DNA of 64,000 nucleotides from a plasmid: sequence record NZ_CP049261.1; one strand, 5' to 3'. Shown piece by piece: positions 63,665 to 64,000 of this stretch (position 1 is its first letter; each line of letters starts with the position of its first letter). The notes under the pieces were generated by a model. It saw only the letters and a program-made list of their open reading frames with translations, ran no database searches and was not told where the DNA came from. The position numbers and the translations under genes were made by a program.

Positions 63665-64000
63665 CGTGGTTTTTAAACCGAGAACCTGCCAGTCACCGTG
63701 GCGTTTAACCCAGGTGCGAAAGTGGTGAAACCGACCATTCAGCGGCTCACCGGCGTAAGTGCCGGTGATGACCACGCAGGTATCGATAATAATACAGTGC
63801 TCATCTTGCCGGGATTCAAAGGATTCACGCTCGATAGCCTGGATAGTAATGGCACCGCTGCTATGCAGGCCGATATCCTGCGCTTTGGTGACGCGCTGTC
63901 CGGCGTGATTGATAAAGAGCAGATCGTCGGCGATTAACGCCGTAAGGGCCGCCACGTCAGAGTTTTTCATGGCGGTAAAGAGCGTATCTTCGAGTTGCAG
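63656..64000 (-). CDS. SnoaL-like/NTF2-fold (DUF4440-like) small protein, probably truncated at window end
   Basis: The frame is open upstream of the annotated Met (63970) through to the window edge. Confidence 0.4.
   Translation of the reverse strand: MQLEDTLFTAMKNSDVAALTALIADDLLFINHAGQRVTKAQDIGLHSSGAITIQAIERESFESRQDEHCIIIDTCVVITGTYAGEPLNGRFHHFRTWVKRHGDWQVLGLKTTLL

Overview
This 64 kb window is high-GC Enterobacterales DNA, closest in gene content to Enterobacter or Cronobacter. It mixes housekeeping and accessory genes with a plasmid-type replicon.

Gene content, left to right:
- The 3' part (at least 904 aa) of a RapA/SNF2-like SF2 helicase whose N-terminus lies outside the window.
- An SDR oxidoreductase, two histidine-phosphatase-family genes, and two methyl-accepting chemotaxis proteins.
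- An MBL-fold hydrolase, guanine deaminase (guaD), a GST, and a lipoprotein.
- An orphan Clp-D1-like AAA+ protein with a degenerate Walker B motif, sitting in an AT-rich islet.
- A HAAAP amino-acid permease.
- mgtA, preceded by a proline-rich mgtL-like leader ORF.
- roxA (ycfD).
- A cadherin-repeat autotransporter.
- A glgX(treX)-treY-treZ trehalose-from-glycogen operon.
- A hipBA toxin-antitoxin pair.
- A siderophore-interacting reductase and an MFS gene.
- The aerobactin locus iucABCD-iutA, with a Fur box upstream.
- A complete F-like maintenance module: sopAB with downstream centromere-like repeats, a DnaA box, a GATC cluster, and a RepFIB-type repA flanked by iterons on both sides.
- A COG4705 membrane protein, an uncharacterised ParB/Srx-like protein, a GNAT, an MFS, and an omptin protease.
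- A pair of secreted proteins of unknown function.
- A WYL regulator, a VOC protein, and a Mig-14-like protein.
- A MipA/OmpV protein, an OmpR-type two-component system, and an RND efflux pair.

At least 30 genes are interrupted by single-base frameshifts. Every junction I could reconstruct is a one-base contraction of a short homopolymer. That pattern is what long-read assembly errors produce, not what real gene decay looks like, so most 'pseudogenes' here are probably intact in vivo.

I do not see a clear, complete, previously undescribed system. The candidates most worth a second look are:
- the edge-truncated helicase;
- the pseudo-ATPase islet;
- the inverted-repeat-bounded element between guaD and the GST;
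- the ParB/Srx-like protein beside the replicon;
- the secreted-pair/WYL cluster;
- the Mig-14-MipA-TCS-RND cluster.
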